DNA of 64,000 bases from Candidatus Latescibacterota bacterium (GTDB lineage: Bacteria > Latescibacterota > UBA2968): NCBI GenBank assembly GCA_965204745.1, contig OZ242010.1:736001-800000 (forward strand), written 5' to 3'. This document shows, in pieces, positions 1 to 10,390 of this stretch. Made by a program: the position numbers and the translations under genes. Under the pieces are notes generated by a model that saw only the letters and a program-made list of their open reading frames with translations, searched no databases and had not been told where the DNA came from. The first letter of the stretch is position 1. Every line of letters begins with the position of its first letter.

Positions 1-1537
1 GGCGCGCAAACGGCTGTGGGGTCTTCACCTCGAGATTGAAAAACGCCGCCGCGTCTTCGAGGGACTTGCCCGTCTTGATCTGCCCGAGCACCTCGGTCAA
101 CCGGCCCTCCGCCACCTTCACTTTCTTCTTTTGCTTCACGCGGGCTTGGATCTGTGCTTTGACTTCGTCCAAAGGCCGCGGCCCGGCACCCCGAATCTCC
201 CGAAGCCCAAAAACGTGAATGCCCTGATCGTTCTCATACACGCTGGAAACATCCCCGACAGAACCGCGCAGGAACTTGTTGACCAAGCCCGACGTGCTGT
301 TGCCCAAAATCGGGAAAAAGCTCCCGGCAGTGATAAAATCCGAATCCTGGCTTTGCAACTCCTTCTGGTTGACCGCCGCGTCAAACCCGATGTCCTCGGC
401 GATCTCTGCAAACTCCTCGGCCAACACGCGCAAACTGTCCAAGGTATCCCGCCCGGGGCGCACCTCGATGAGGACGTGCCGCGCGTGAACCTCGAGGCTA
501 TCTGCCGCCCCCCGCGTCTCCTCCACCTTGATAACGTGCCAGCCGAACTGGGTTTTGACAGGCTCCGACACCTCCCCCGGCTCGAGCGCGAATGCCACAT
601 CCTCAAAGGGCTTGACCATGCGCCCTTTGCCAAAAAAGCCCAAGTCTCCGCCGCTCGGCCCGCTCGGCCCGTCGGAATACACCCGCGCGAGTTCGGCAAA
701 ATCCTCGCCCGCCTTGGCCTCCTGAAAAACGCGATTGATCTCGGCTTTGGCTTCGGCTTCATCGCGCTCTGTCGCCGTCTTTGGCAACGACACATAAGCC
801 GTGCGGATGGCCGCATCTTGCTGGTACTCGTCCAAGTGCTCATCGTAATAGGTCTGAATTTCCGCATCGGCGATCAGCGCGAGCGAGTCGGGAATATCAC
901 TCGCATCAAACCCGATGTACGACACGCGCACCTTTTCATTCCGTTCGAGATAAGTCTGCTCGACTTCGGTATCGGTCACTTTCACCGCACCCGCGATGAG
1001 CGTTTCGAGTTTTTGCGACAGCAACAGGCTGCGCGCATTGGCTTCGGCAGCAAAGACAAATTGCTTCGCCTGTAGGTCGCTGTGCGTGCCGGGATTGTCG
1101 AGGAATTGGTTGTATTTGGCGAGGTCAAACGCGCCATCGGTCTGGAAAGATTCTTGTTGCTGCACCCACTCGGCGGGTTGCGTGCGGTTGACGTGATTGA
1201 CTTCGGTATCGGAAACCTCAATGCCGTATTTGTCAATCTGTTGCCCGATCAAAATTCGCGTCACCACGCGCTCCCATGTTTGAGAAATAACCTGGCTGAT
1301 ATCCGGATCTTCATCGCCCTGCGCTTTGGCCTGTTGCAAGTCATTCCGAATCTCGGCCTCAAACTCCTTGACAGAAATTTCCCGTCCATTCACAGACCCG
1401 ACATTGTCGCTAGCCGTGGCAAACCCCCGGCTGCTAAAATCGGCCCCCCATTCAAACACCATCAAACCGACAAAAGCAACGGCAACGATAATCATCATCG
1501 CTTTGATAAACGCAGCACTACGCATTTGGGCGAGCAT
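1..1537 (-). CDS. PpiD/SurA-like peptidyl-prolyl isomerase (runs off the left edge)
   Basis: Not in ORF track. GGAGG RBS then MLAQMRSAAFIKAMMIIVAVAFVGLMVFEWG (N-terminal TM); rotamase motif EDFAELARVYSDGPS..GGDLGFFGKGRMVKPFEDVAFALEPGEVSEPVKTQFGWHVIKV. Confidence 0.9.
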   Translation of the reverse strand, partial: MLAQMRSAAFIKAMMIIVAVAFVGLMVFEWGADFSSRGFATASDNVGSVNGREISVKEFEAEIRNDLQQAKAQGDEDPDISQVISQTWERVVTRILIGQQIDKYGIEVSDTEVNHVNRTQPAEWVQQQESFQTDGAFDLAKYNQFLDNPGTHSDLQAKQFVFAAEANARSLLLSQKLETLIAGAVKVTDTEVEQTYLERNEKVRVSYIGFDASDIPDSLALIADAEIQTYYDEHLDEYQQDAAIRTAYVSLPKTATERDEAEAKAEINRVFQEAKAGEDFAELARVYSDGPSGPSGGDLGFFGKGRMVKPFEDVAFALEPGEVSEPVKTQFGWHVIKVEETRGAADSLEVHARHVLIEVRPGRDTLDSLRVLAEEFAEIAEDIGFDAAVNQKELQSQDSDFITAGSFFPILGNSTSGLVNKFLRGSVGDVSSVYENDQGIHVFGLREIRGAGPRPLDEVKAQIQARVKQKKKVKVAEGRLTEVLGQIKTGKSLEDAAAFFNLEVKTPQPFAR

Positions 1538-1750
1538 TGAAACATTCCTCCAGCTAGTAATGGATGAGACGAGGGCCGCAGAGCACTCATTTTGAGGTCC
1601 TTACGATACCGGAATCCCGATCCGCATTGGGTTTCGCGCTCCCTCTCGAACGGATTTGGTAATCTACTCGTTGGGTTATGGACTGGCAAGTTTTTTTTCA
1701 AAATGCGGGTCAATTGATGGCTTAGGTTGCTCTGATGGCGTTGCGCGAGG

Positions 1751-2140
1751 GGACCTATCCCCCCGGCCCCGTTATTCGCTTCGCTCATTGTAGGCTACGC
1801 CTGTGCCTATGAGGAAAGGGGGAGTAAAGTTCCTTTGATGGCTTATATCAAGGGTTGCTCTGATGGCGTTTTGCGAGGGCATAAAGCGATTAAATATCCC
1901 TCATCAATACCCTCGCAAAATCGATCCTCATTGCCCAATGGGACCTATCCCCCCGGCCCCCTTTCCTAAGAGGAAAGGGGGAGTAGGGCTTTCTGGATAG
2001 CTGAACGCAAAGGCTGTGCGTGATGGCTTTGGCGCGTGTGGATCAGGCCATGAATACCCCCAAAACCTCTCACATAATCCTTCGCAAAACCGCTCACAGT
2101 TCCCCCCTTCCTCGCAGGAAGGGGGGTTAGGGGGGTAGGT
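1751..2140. repeat. Two tandem copies of palindromic MITE-like family A (GGACCTATCCCCCGGCCCC..TTCCT / AGGAAGGGGG..GGGGGTAGGT)
   Basis: Copies start at 1751 and 1941; 1751-1920 closely matches 31680-31815; also at 9509-9694 and partly at 40799-40900. Confidence 0.85.
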
Positions 2141-2231
2141 AAAAATAAAGAGCGGTCACTTGACGCGCCTTGGGAAAAGTCCTATACTGACCTTACATCC
2201 TGTAAATGTTCCAATCCTTCAATCCCGATCC

Positions 2232-4241
2232 ATGAGCCGTTTCTCCACCATAACCTGCATCTTGCTCTGCCATATCGTTGCGAGCGCGGAAGATTACCAT
2301 TGGCCGCTAGACGCGCCCCCGGCATTGACCTCGACCTTTGGCGAATATCGCGGCGGGCGATTGCACGCGGCCATCGATTTGAAAACCTGGGGCGATGAGG
2401 GGTACCCCGTCACAGCCGTTGCCGATGGGCATGTCTGGCGCGTGCGAACCTCGCCATGGGGATACGGTCGCGTGGTCTATGTCCAACTCGACAATGGCCG
2501 TTTCGCGCTGTGGGCACACTTGTCGGGATTTTCCAAGCGCATCGAGCACTACGTCCAACAAGAGCAAGCGCGGCGCGGCGCGTACAGCGTGAACCTGTAC
2601 TTTCGCCCGGATCAACTGCCCGTCAAGCGCGGTGAAATCGTGGGCTACTCGGGCAGCACGGGCATTGGCGTGCCGCACCTGCATTTTGAGATGCGCGATG
2701 CCGACCATCGCCCCATCAACCCACTTCTCCACGGCTTTGACATTGAAGACACCTTGCCCCCAACCATCCAAGCCATCGGCCTCGCCCCCTTAGACGCCGA
2801 GGCGCGGGTCGACGCCGGGCACAATCCCATGTCCTATCCCATGACCTGGCGCGCCCAAGAAAAGCAATACACCCATCGCAATACCGCGGTGATCTGGGGC
2901 CGCGTGGGCATCGGCGTCAAAGTCTATGACCGCGCAAACGCCTCGCAACTCGCAAACCGCTTGGCCCCGTATCGGATGCGCCTGCTCGTCGATGGCAAAG
3001 ACGTCTTTCAAAAAACCTTCGGGCAATTCGGCTACGACGCAACGCACCACGGGGAACTGGCTTATGATTTCTTCATGAGCCGCCGCGGTCTGGGGCGGTT
3101 TCACAGCCTGTACCGCAAACCGGGCAATCAACTGCCTTTTTACAACGATGCCGAAGTGGGAGAAGGCGTATTATTCGCGGGCACAGCGTCCGATGGGGTG
3201 GGATACGAACTCGCGCCGGGCGCGCATCGCGTACAAATCATAGCCGAAGACGTCATGGGAAACCGCGCAACCGCCGTGCTAAACGTGCGCGTTGCGCCAG
3301 AGCCGACCGGTCAAACGCGCAAACCGGCCCGATTGGAAAAACCGCGATTGGCAAAGCTCATCGGCAGGGTCTCCTACTTTCCCACCTTTGCCGTTATCCA
3401 CCTCAAAGCCGATCAAACGCCGACAACAATGCCCAAAGTGCAGGCACTGTTCCCCAACGGGCAAACCCAAGCACTCGACACGCGCCAAACCGGGGTGCAA
3501 ATCTATGAGGCCGCACTCGCTTTTGACGAAACACACACCGGTGACATTCAGGTGCAAATCGAGCGCGACGGACCGCCCTTGCGGGTCATCCAGCAAACCG
3601 TGACAAAACGGGGCGGAGAACTCCGTTCAGACGATGGGATGGCGCGGGCGCGATTTGAAAAAGAAGGCGTTTACCAAACCCTCTATGGCCGCATCTTGCC
3701 CGACAGCCAGAGAACAGACGCGCAGATGGTGGGAACAGCGTATCGGTTGATGCCCGAGGACGTCGCATTCCAAGAAGCGGAGATCGCGTTTGTCTATCCC
3801 CGAGATCATCCAGACGCGACTAAACTCGGCATCTATGAATGGAACGCGAGGAAGGGGTGGGTTTTCGTGGATATGGGCCGCGACTCAACCCTGGGCGTCA
3901 TCACCGGCAAAGTGAGGTCCTTCGGCGTGTTCGCCTTGTTGTACGACAATGTGCCGCCTACGATCTCCAGCGTATTCCCCCCCCACGGCGCCGTGCTCTC
4001 GGCGCGCCAGCCAAAAGTCGTCGTCCAGGTTACAGACGAGTATTCGGGTATTTGGCGAGAGGAAGACATGGTGATGCGAATGGATGGCAAGCCCCTGATC
4101 GTGGAATACGACCCGGAAGAAAACCGCATGGTTGCCCAGCCGCGACACCCCCTGATGCCCGGATCCCACCGCTTGGAAATTGTGGTGCGCGACATATCGG
4201 GCAATGAATCGCGGCGCGCGACCGCGTTTAGGATCAAATAG
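2232..4241 (+). CDS. Secreted M23-family metallopeptidase
   Basis: Signal peptide; HAAIDL (HxxxD) and PHLHFE (HxH) motifs; Ig-like C-terminus. Confidence 0.9.
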   Translation: MSRFSTITCILLCHIVASAEDYHWPLDAPPALTSTFGEYRGGRLHAAIDLKTWGDEGYPVTAVADGHVWRVRTSPWGYGRVVYVQLDNGRFALWAHLSGFSKRIEHYVQQEQARRGAYSVNLYFRPDQLPVKRGEIVGYSGSTGIGVPHLHFEMRDADHRPINPLLHGFDIEDTLPPTIQAIGLAPLDAEARVDAGHNPMSYPMTWRAQEKQYTHRNTAVIWGRVGIGVKVYDRANASQLANRLAPYRMRLLVDGKDVFQKTFGQFGYDATHHGELAYDFFMSRRGLGRFHSLYRKPGNQLPFYNDAEVGEGVLFAGTASDGVGYELAPGAHRVQIIAEDVMGNRATAVLNVRVAPEPTGQTRKPARLEKPRLAKLIGRVSYFPTFAVIHLKADQTPTTMPKVQALFPNGQTQALDTRQTGVQIYEAALAFDETHTGDIQVQIERDGPPLRVIQQTVTKRGGELRSDDGMARARFEKEGVYQTLYGRILPDSQRTDAQMVGTAYRLMPEDVAFQEAEIAFVYPRDHPDATKLGIYEWNARKGWVFVDMGRDSTLGVITGKVRSFGVFALLYDNVPPTISSVFPPHGAVLSARQPKVVVQVTDEYSGIWREEDMVMRMDGKPLIVEYDPEENRMVAQPRHPLMPGSHRLEIVVRDISGNESRRATAFRIK

Positions 4242-4243
4242 CG

Positions 4244-4924
4244 ATGATGATTCCCCTCAAAGACGAGACCCCGTCCCGCCGCGTACCCGCGTTGGTCATT
4301 GCAATTTTGCTGGGCAATGTGGGTGTTTTTGTGTACGCATACCTGTTGGGCGACGTCGGTTTTCACGTCTTCACAGCGCGATACGGCGCGATTCCCTTTG
4401 AGGTGCGGTACGGCGTGGATGCGATTTCCCCTACGCCTGTCCCGGTGTATCTCACCTTGCTCTCGTCGATGTTCTTGCACGGCGGCATCGTCCATCTGGG
4501 CGGCAACATGCTGTACTTGTGGATTTTTGGAAACAAAGTGGAAGAAGCCCTAGGCCATGCGCGGTTTGTGTGCTTCTATCTGCTCTGCGGCATCATCGCA
4601 ACGCTGGCACACGTCTTTTCCGATTCGGAATCCACCATCCCCATGGTGGGCGCCAGCGGGGCCATTGCCGGCATTTTGGGCGCGTACTTGGCGGCGTTTC
4701 CCAGCGCGCGAATTTTGGTGCTGGTGTTTTACTTCATCCTCCGCGTGCCCGCGCTGATCGTCTTGGGCGGGTGGTTCGTCATCCAACTGCTCAACGCTTC
4801 AAACGACGCGAGCGATGTGGCGTGGTACGCGCATATCGCCGGCTTCGTCATCGGCTATATCCTAATGCACCGCTGGGCGACCAGAATCCCCGCCAAACGA
4901 TTGTACGAGCGATGGGAGTATTAA
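4244..4924 (+). CDS. Rhomboid family intramembrane serine protease
   Basis: MFLHGG..HLGGNM, GASG and AWYAHIAGF motifs; multiple TM segments. Confidence 0.95.
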   Translation: MMIPLKDETPSRRVPALVIAILLGNVGVFVYAYLLGDVGFHVFTARYGAIPFEVRYGVDAISPTPVPVYLTLLSSMFLHGGIVHLGGNMLYLWIFGNKVEEALGHARFVCFYLLCGIIATLAHVFSDSESTIPMVGASGAIAGILGAYLAAFPSARILVLVFYFILRVPALIVLGGWFVIQLLNASNDASDVAWYAHIAGFVIGYILMHRWATRIPAKRLYERWEY

Positions 4925-4927
4925 CCC

Positions 4928-4953
4928 GTAAGGACAGGCCCCCGTGCCTGTCC
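4928..4953 (+). repeat. GTAG-type REP-like palindrome (family C)
   Basis: GTA(G/A)GGACAGGC-CCCCGT-GCCTGTCC; further copies near 11043, 21875 (rev), 22807 (rev), 31959, 41003, 54358, 54960, 55500, 63228. Confidence 0.85.
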
Positions 4954-5010
4954 GCATATCATAGAGGTCAGCAGTCAACCCAGCCGACAACCAACCCATC
5001 ACAAAAAAAC

Positions 5011-5044
5011 AAAAAGCCCGAGTTCGCAATGAACCCGGGCTTTT
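5011..5044. terminator. Bidirectional intrinsic terminator-like hairpin
   Basis: AAAAGCCCGAGTTC-GCAAT-GAACCCGGGCTTTT between convergent genes. Confidence 0.7.
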
Positions 5045-5668
5045 GCACTGAAACAGGATATAGACTACATCTTCGGCATCTTGGTCAGAATGTCAAAGAG
5101 AGCGGTATCGCCATCAATCTATTAGAGAGGTAGGCGGGCAATGTTGGTTCCAGAGATCACGGGAAAGGTTATTATCTACACTCTTGATAGGGAGCAAAGT
5201 TTTGGGTGTGAACGAGTTCACGATTTTGCCCGGCACAGAGGACTTGTTGCCTACGCAGACAAATTCGACCTCGCGTATGTTGACCATATCGGCATTTTTG
5301 AATTCAACAGCCGGCTCGTAACGCCATTCGCTGGTTACCCGTGCCAGTAAATATTCCCCGTTCAATTTGGTCATTCTCGTCCAGACAAGGTCGCCAATTT
5401 CAACATCTTCCTTCCAACGCCGGACATTATCGTTCAACTTCCCCCCGTCTCGGGCCTGATTTTCTTTTTTGTATCGGGCCACATATTCAGGCCAGGAGAT
5501 GTTTTCACCTGGATCGGCCTCCACTGACCATCCCATTCCGAGCACCGAGCGATCAAGGCACAAGATTTGAGCCCCCTTGCGGATTTCGGCAATTTTTTGC
5601 CAATCATCTTCCCCGCGCGTGGGCAGGAGGTGGAGTCGCCAGATTGTTGCTGGATCATTTATTGTCAT
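5045..5668 (-). pseudogene. Probable truncated/frameshifted restriction-endonuclease-like gene
   Basis: ORF 5114-5668 (LGMGW..EIGDLVWTR..YLLARV..WRY); coding-like text continues past the stop in other frames (ALFDIL / DQDAEDVVYILFQ); lower GC than neighbours. Confidence 0.45.
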
Positions 5669-5670
5669 GA

Positions 5671-5940
5671 TCAACCTCCATTGCTAAAGTGTTGATTTTT
5701 TGGGATTCCGTGAAAACCAAAAGTAACAAATTTGAATCTTATGTCACGCACTTTTTTTGAATCCATCGCCGCTTTGCTTATCTCAACGACATTTCTATCG
5801 CGCCAGAGCTGTCGTTGCCACTTTGTATAATCAAATGGTTCTCGCAAGATCAAGTTGATGAATCTCTCGGCTTCAACAGCACCCAAAACTTCTACCAGCG
5901 CGTGAAGTCCATCTACTCGTATTTCCGTGTCGGTTCTCAT
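5671..5940 (-). CDS. Small antitoxin-like hypothetical protein
   Basis: MRTDTEIRVDGLHALVEVLGAVEAERFINLILREPFDYTKW resembles small proteins usually found downstream of PIN-domain toxins. Confidence 0.55.
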   Translation of the reverse strand: MRTDTEIRVDGLHALVEVLGAVEAERFINLILREPFDYTKWQRQLWRDRNVVEISKAAMDSKKVRDIRFKFVTFGFHGIPKNQHFSNGG

Positions 5941-6080
5941 AGATTCATCTCGCAAATGCAGTTCATCGGTTAAGCGGTAGGGCGGTGGGGGTAATCCGCG
6001 CAATCCCCTAATCCGCGAAAATCCGCGATTCAGACACGGTGGAACGGATGGGCACGCACGGGCGGTTGGGCACGCACCGC

Positions 6081-8168
6081 CTACCCCGCCTCCACAATCT
6101 GCATATCCCCGAGCGAGACCGCGTCTAATTCGCGTTTTAATGCCGCGTGCGACGTCAGGTTTGGGTCGTGGGCTAATAGGGTGCCTGCTTCTCGGCGGGC
6201 CGCGCGAATGATCGCGCCATCGCGGCCGAGATCGGCAAAGTGAAACCGGGGAAAGCCGGCTTGTTGCGTGCCGAAAATGTGCCCGGGGCCGCGGATGCTC
6301 AAATCCGCTTCTGAAATCTCGAATCCGTCCGTCGTGCGCGCCATCGCGTCCAAGCGGTCGCGTGCGTCTGCTGATAGCGCGTCTTGGGGATCGGCGATCA
6401 AAATACAGTAGGATTGGCATGGCCCGCGCCCCACGCGGCCGCGCAACTGGTGCAACTGCGACAGGCCAAACCGCTCCGCGTGTTCGACCATCATGACCGT
6501 GGCATTGGGCACATCCACGCCCACTTCGATCACGGTCGTCGTCACCAGCGCGTCCAAGTCCCCGCGCCTGAAACCCGCCATCACCGCCTCTTTTTCCTCG
6601 CGCTTGAGCCGGCCGTGCAACAAGCCCAAGCGAAACTTGGACAGCGCGCCCCGTTGCAAATTTTCAAACGCCTCGGTCGCTGCTTGCAGGTCGCTCTTTT
6701 CGGATTCGGAGACCAGGGGATACACGATATACGCCTGGCGGCCCTGTTCCAATTCGCCACACAAAAATTGCAACGCCCTATCGCGGTCGCGTGCAAAACG
6801 CCACCCCGTACGCACGGGCAACCGGCCAGGCGGCAAAGCATCGATGACCGTCACGTCCAAATCCCCGTACAGGGTCAGGGATAGGGAGCGCGGAATCGGC
6901 GTGGCGGTCATCACCAAGAGATGCGCTGCCTGGCCCTTTTCGCGCAACGCAGCGCGCTGAACCACGCCGAACCGGTGTTGCTCATCCACCGCGATCAGCG
7001 CGAGATCGGCAAACGCCACCTCGGGTTGCAACAAGGCGTGCGTGCCCACGACCAGTTTGATGGCGCCAGAACCCAATCCCTCTATCGCAGCCGCGCGTTC
7101 GGCCTTTCGCATGCGCGCGGTGATCGACGCCACCTCCAGGCCCAAGGGCGCGACCCATTCCCGGATGGTGCGGGCGTGTTGCTCGGCCAAAATCTCGGTC
7201 GGCGCCATCAATGCGGCCTGCGCGTCGCTGTCTGCGGCGGTCAACATCGCCAGAAGAGCCACCAGTGTTTTGCCAGACCCCACGTCGCCTTGCAACAAGC
7301 GGTGCATGGGCACGGGCCGCTGTAAGTCGCGTTGGATCTCTGCGATGGCACGCGCTTGGGCCTGCGTCAATGCAAAGGGCAAGCGCGCGATGAGGGCTTG
7401 CGCGAGTGGGCCATTGCACGCGAGCACGCGCCCGGGCATGCGTTGGCGCGTCTTTTTTCGCTGCCCGATATGGAGTTGGATGTAGAGAATCTCGTCAAAC
7501 GCCAGCCGTTGCCGTGCGGCATCCACGTCGGTCATGGCGTCTGGAAAATGGAGTTTTTCCAGTGCCTCGCGCAGGCCCATTATCCCGTATCGCTCGCGTA
7601 TCTCCTCGTCCAATGGGTCTTCAACGCCCACCGCTTCCAATGCCGCGAATAACAAGCGGCGAAGCGCGCGCGCCGTGAGCCGATCCGCCTTCATCTTCCC
7701 CGTCGTGGAATACAGGGGGATAATGCGCCCGGTGTGCAACCGCCGATTGTCCTCGCCCTCATTTGCCAGCACTTCGACTTCCGGATGCACCATCTGCAAC
7801 ACACGTCCAAACCGCGTCAACTTCCCCCCAAGCGCGACGATATCGCCGGCCTGATACGCATTTTTGAAGTACTGAAACCCGGCAAACCAGGTACACGCAA
7901 TCGCCCCGGTCACGTCCTCAACCGTCATCACAAACCGCCGCCGCTTGCCCGGGATCACCTGCATGCTCACGATCTCGCCGACCGCGGTCACTTCCCGGTC
8001 CAACGGCAACCGCGCGATCCGCACCTCGGTCGATCTATCCACATACCGGTAGGGCAAGTACAACAACAGATCGCCCACCGAAGCTATGCCGGCGTCCTCC
8101 AATACCTTTTCGCGCTTCACCCCAATGCCCGGCAGGGTTCTCAAGGGTTGGTTCAAATTCGAGAGCAT
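6081..8168 (-). CDS. recG: ATP-dependent DNA helicase RecG
   Basis: Wedge/OB domain; QGDVGSGKT, DEQHRFG, MTATPIPR, QLRGRVGRG motifs. Confidence 0.98.
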   Translation of the reverse strand: MLSNLNQPLRTLPGIGVKREKVLEDAGIASVGDLLLYLPYRYVDRSTEVRIARLPLDREVTAVGEIVSMQVIPGKRRRFVMTVEDVTGAIACTWFAGFQYFKNAYQAGDIVALGGKLTRFGRVLQMVHPEVEVLANEGEDNRRLHTGRIIPLYSTTGKMKADRLTARALRRLLFAALEAVGVEDPLDEEIRERYGIMGLREALEKLHFPDAMTDVDAARQRLAFDEILYIQLHIGQRKKTRQRMPGRVLACNGPLAQALIARLPFALTQAQARAIAEIQRDLQRPVPMHRLLQGDVGSGKTLVALLAMLTAADSDAQAALMAPTEILAEQHARTIREWVAPLGLEVASITARMRKAERAAAIEGLGSGAIKLVVGTHALLQPEVAFADLALIAVDEQHRFGVVQRAALREKGQAAHLLVMTATPIPRSLSLTLYGDLDVTVIDALPPGRLPVRTGWRFARDRDRALQFLCGELEQGRQAYIVYPLVSESEKSDLQAATEAFENLQRGALSKFRLGLLHGRLKREEKEAVMAGFRRGDLDALVTTTVIEVGVDVPNATVMMVEHAERFGLSQLHQLRGRVGRGPCQSYCILIADPQDALSADARDRLDAMARTTDGFEISEADLSIRGPGHIFGTQQAGFPRFHFADLGRDGAIIRAARREAGTLLAHDPNLTSHAALKRELDAVSLGDMQIVEAG

Positions 8169-8286
8169 GAGGTGTCCAGTGGGTTTTAAGTTCTGCGGTG
8201 TGTGCGACCTGAAAACTTGAAAAAAATAAAACAGAGGCTATATTCTGTCATGAACTCTTTTCTTTTTTTTGCGAAGGGAGCAAATC

Positions 8287-9354
8287 ATGTCTGCAAGACG
8301 CCCAAATCACACGGCCCTCCATCTTCCCAGTCTGGCGGTCAAAGGCTTTCGCGGGATCGCTGATCTCTCGATTCCGCGGCTGGGTCGCGTGACGCTGATC
8401 GCCGGGAAAAACGGAGTTGGCAAGACCACATTGCTCGATGCGGTTCGCATCTATGCTGCACGCGCCAGTTTTTCCGTTCTCTGTAACATATTGCAAAACC
8501 GGGAAGAGCTCAGCGTCATCGTTGACGAAGATGGCGCCGAGGTGTCCGTGCCCGATGTTGAAGCACTTTTCTATAGCCGAGGTGCCGCATCTGATTCTCG
8601 CATCTCAATAGGGCCATGTGAAAAGCAACAACTCAGCATCGGGATCGTCGACGACGGTGAATTGTCGCTCATTATCAAATTCCAAGGCAAAGAGCAAAAA
8701 ATACCCGTGGATTTCCCGTTTCACAACTCTCGTTCCCCATATCGCAGATCGCGGAATGACGACTCCGCACATCCATCCGAAATTCGGTGTGCGTCTCTGG
8801 GGCCGAGTTTGCCGAGCAATAGCGATATAGCGCGATTTTGGGATGACGTCGCCCTTACGGATGACGAAACCCAAGCCGTACACGCATTGCGGCTGATTTA
8901 CGGCGATGACGTGGAGCGCGTTGGCGTGATTGGCGATGAAAGCTCAAGGCACATCGGTCGGCGGGCGATAGTGAAGTTCAACGGGCAAGCGCGGCCAGTT
9001 CCATTAAAAAGCCTTGGCGATGGTGCCGTGCGCTTGTTCGGCGTGGCTTTGGCACTTGTCCACAGCCGGGACGGCTTTTTGGTTATCGACGAAGCGGAAA
9101 ACGGCGTCCATCATTCGGTGCAACGCGATTTCTGGAAGATGGTTATGAAAACAGCACTTCAAAACAACGTGCAGGTTTTGGCGACAACACATAGCTGGGA
9201 CTGCGTCGCGAATTTCGCGCAAGCGGCAACGGATTTAGAGGGAATGGAAGGCATGCTCATTCGCCTTGAAGAAAAGGGCGAACACATGCGCGCCGTAGAA
9301 TATTCCGAGGAAGAACTCCAAATCGCGGCCAGCCAGGGCATTGAGGTGAGGTAG
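8287..9354 (+). CDS. AAA_21/ABC-type ATPase of a putative defence pair
   Basis: Walker A GKNGVGKT, signature SLGDG, Walker B VIDEAENGVH, TTHS. Confidence 0.85.
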   Translation: MSARRPNHTALHLPSLAVKGFRGIADLSIPRLGRVTLIAGKNGVGKTTLLDAVRIYAARASFSVLCNILQNREELSVIVDEDGAEVSVPDVEALFYSRGAASDSRISIGPCEKQQLSIGIVDDGELSLIIKFQGKEQKIPVDFPFHNSRSPYRRSRNDDSAHPSEIRCASLGPSLPSNSDIARFWDDVALTDDETQAVHALRLIYGDDVERVGVIGDESSRHIGRRAIVKFNGQARPVPLKSLGDGAVRLFGVALALVHSRDGFLVIDEAENGVHHSVQRDFWKMVMKTALQNNVQVLATTHSWDCVANFAQAATDLEGMEGMLIRLEEKGEHMRAVEYSEEELQIAASQGIEVR

Positions 9355-9357
9355 GTT

Positions 9358-10337
9358 ATGAACAATCCAAATACACCGGTGCCAAACCGTATCCTTTTAG
9401 TCTAAGGGAAAAACGATGAGCATGTCGTCAGACATATCCGTGATCGCCATCCATCAGCACCGTCGTTTGACATTGTCAATGCGAATAAAGCGTTGAATCC
9501 ATTTATTGGGACCTACCCCCCTGGCCCCCCTTCCTGTGAGGAAGGGGGGAATGGCGAGAGGTTGTGCGAGGGGTTTGGGTTTCCAGGGCGTGATCTATTT
9601 GCTCAAAGCCATCAGAACAGCCAGGGAGACAAACCTTCAAAAAACCATGCGCTCCCCCTTTCCTTGTAGGAAAGGGGGCCGGGGGGATAGGTCCTACGAG
9701 GAAGGGGAAGAACCTCTCTCGTTTGTTTTACGACGAGTTCTAAAAGGCGATTCGGTAATGGATGACTCGTCCATGTCTTTGGGCGATTGGGCGCGGCTTG
9801 CTTCCTACTCGCTTTCTACTCTTAATTCGCATTGTAAATAAGGAGGGCATCGACGGAGTGCTCAAGTCCATTAGCGGTGAAATTAAGGCGTCGGGCCGGC
9901 TGGCCGTTGGCATTCTCGTGGATGCAAATAGCACTTTGATGGACCGTTGGAAATCTGTAAGAGATAGAATTATGAGGGCAAATATCCAAGTGCCCACACA
10001 TCCCAATCCCGATGGGACAATTATTGAGGGCACGCCCCGAGTCGGCATCTGGCTGATGCCCGATAATGAATCGAGCGGCGAACTTGAGGATTTCGTCAAG
10101 CAAATGATTCCCACGGACGATCCCGTGTGGCCTTTGTCTCAGCGTTATATTGACGGGATTCCGCAAGCCAATAGAAAATTTGCAGATCATAAGAAACCGA
10201 GAGCACAACTTTACGCTTGGCTAGCAACCAGAGAAGATCCCAAAAAAATGGGTTCGGCCATTGGGGCACACGATTTGAATGTGGATGGCACACTCTGTAA
10301 GAAATTTGTTGCTTGGCTTATGGCATTGTTCGAGTAA
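9358..10337 (+). pseudogene. DUF3226-like TOPRIM-fold protein, disrupted by a stop and an insertion
   Basis: RILLV*GKNDEHVV (TAA at 9403-9405 in place of Glu); removing 9477-9835 restores the frame FDIVNKEGID; later GILVDAN, GIWLMPDN..GELEDF. Confidence 0.8.
9477..9835. mobile_element. 359-bp non-autonomous MITE-like insertion with nested family A palindrome
   Basis: TIRs CAATGCGAATAAAG / CTTAATTCGCATTG; CATTGT at both junctions; family A at 9509-9694; the same end recurs at 31888-31914. Confidence 0.8.
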
Positions 10338-10390
10338 TACGAATTTGATTTTCTGTTGGCCTAATGCGATGCGATATGCTACCCGCCAGC

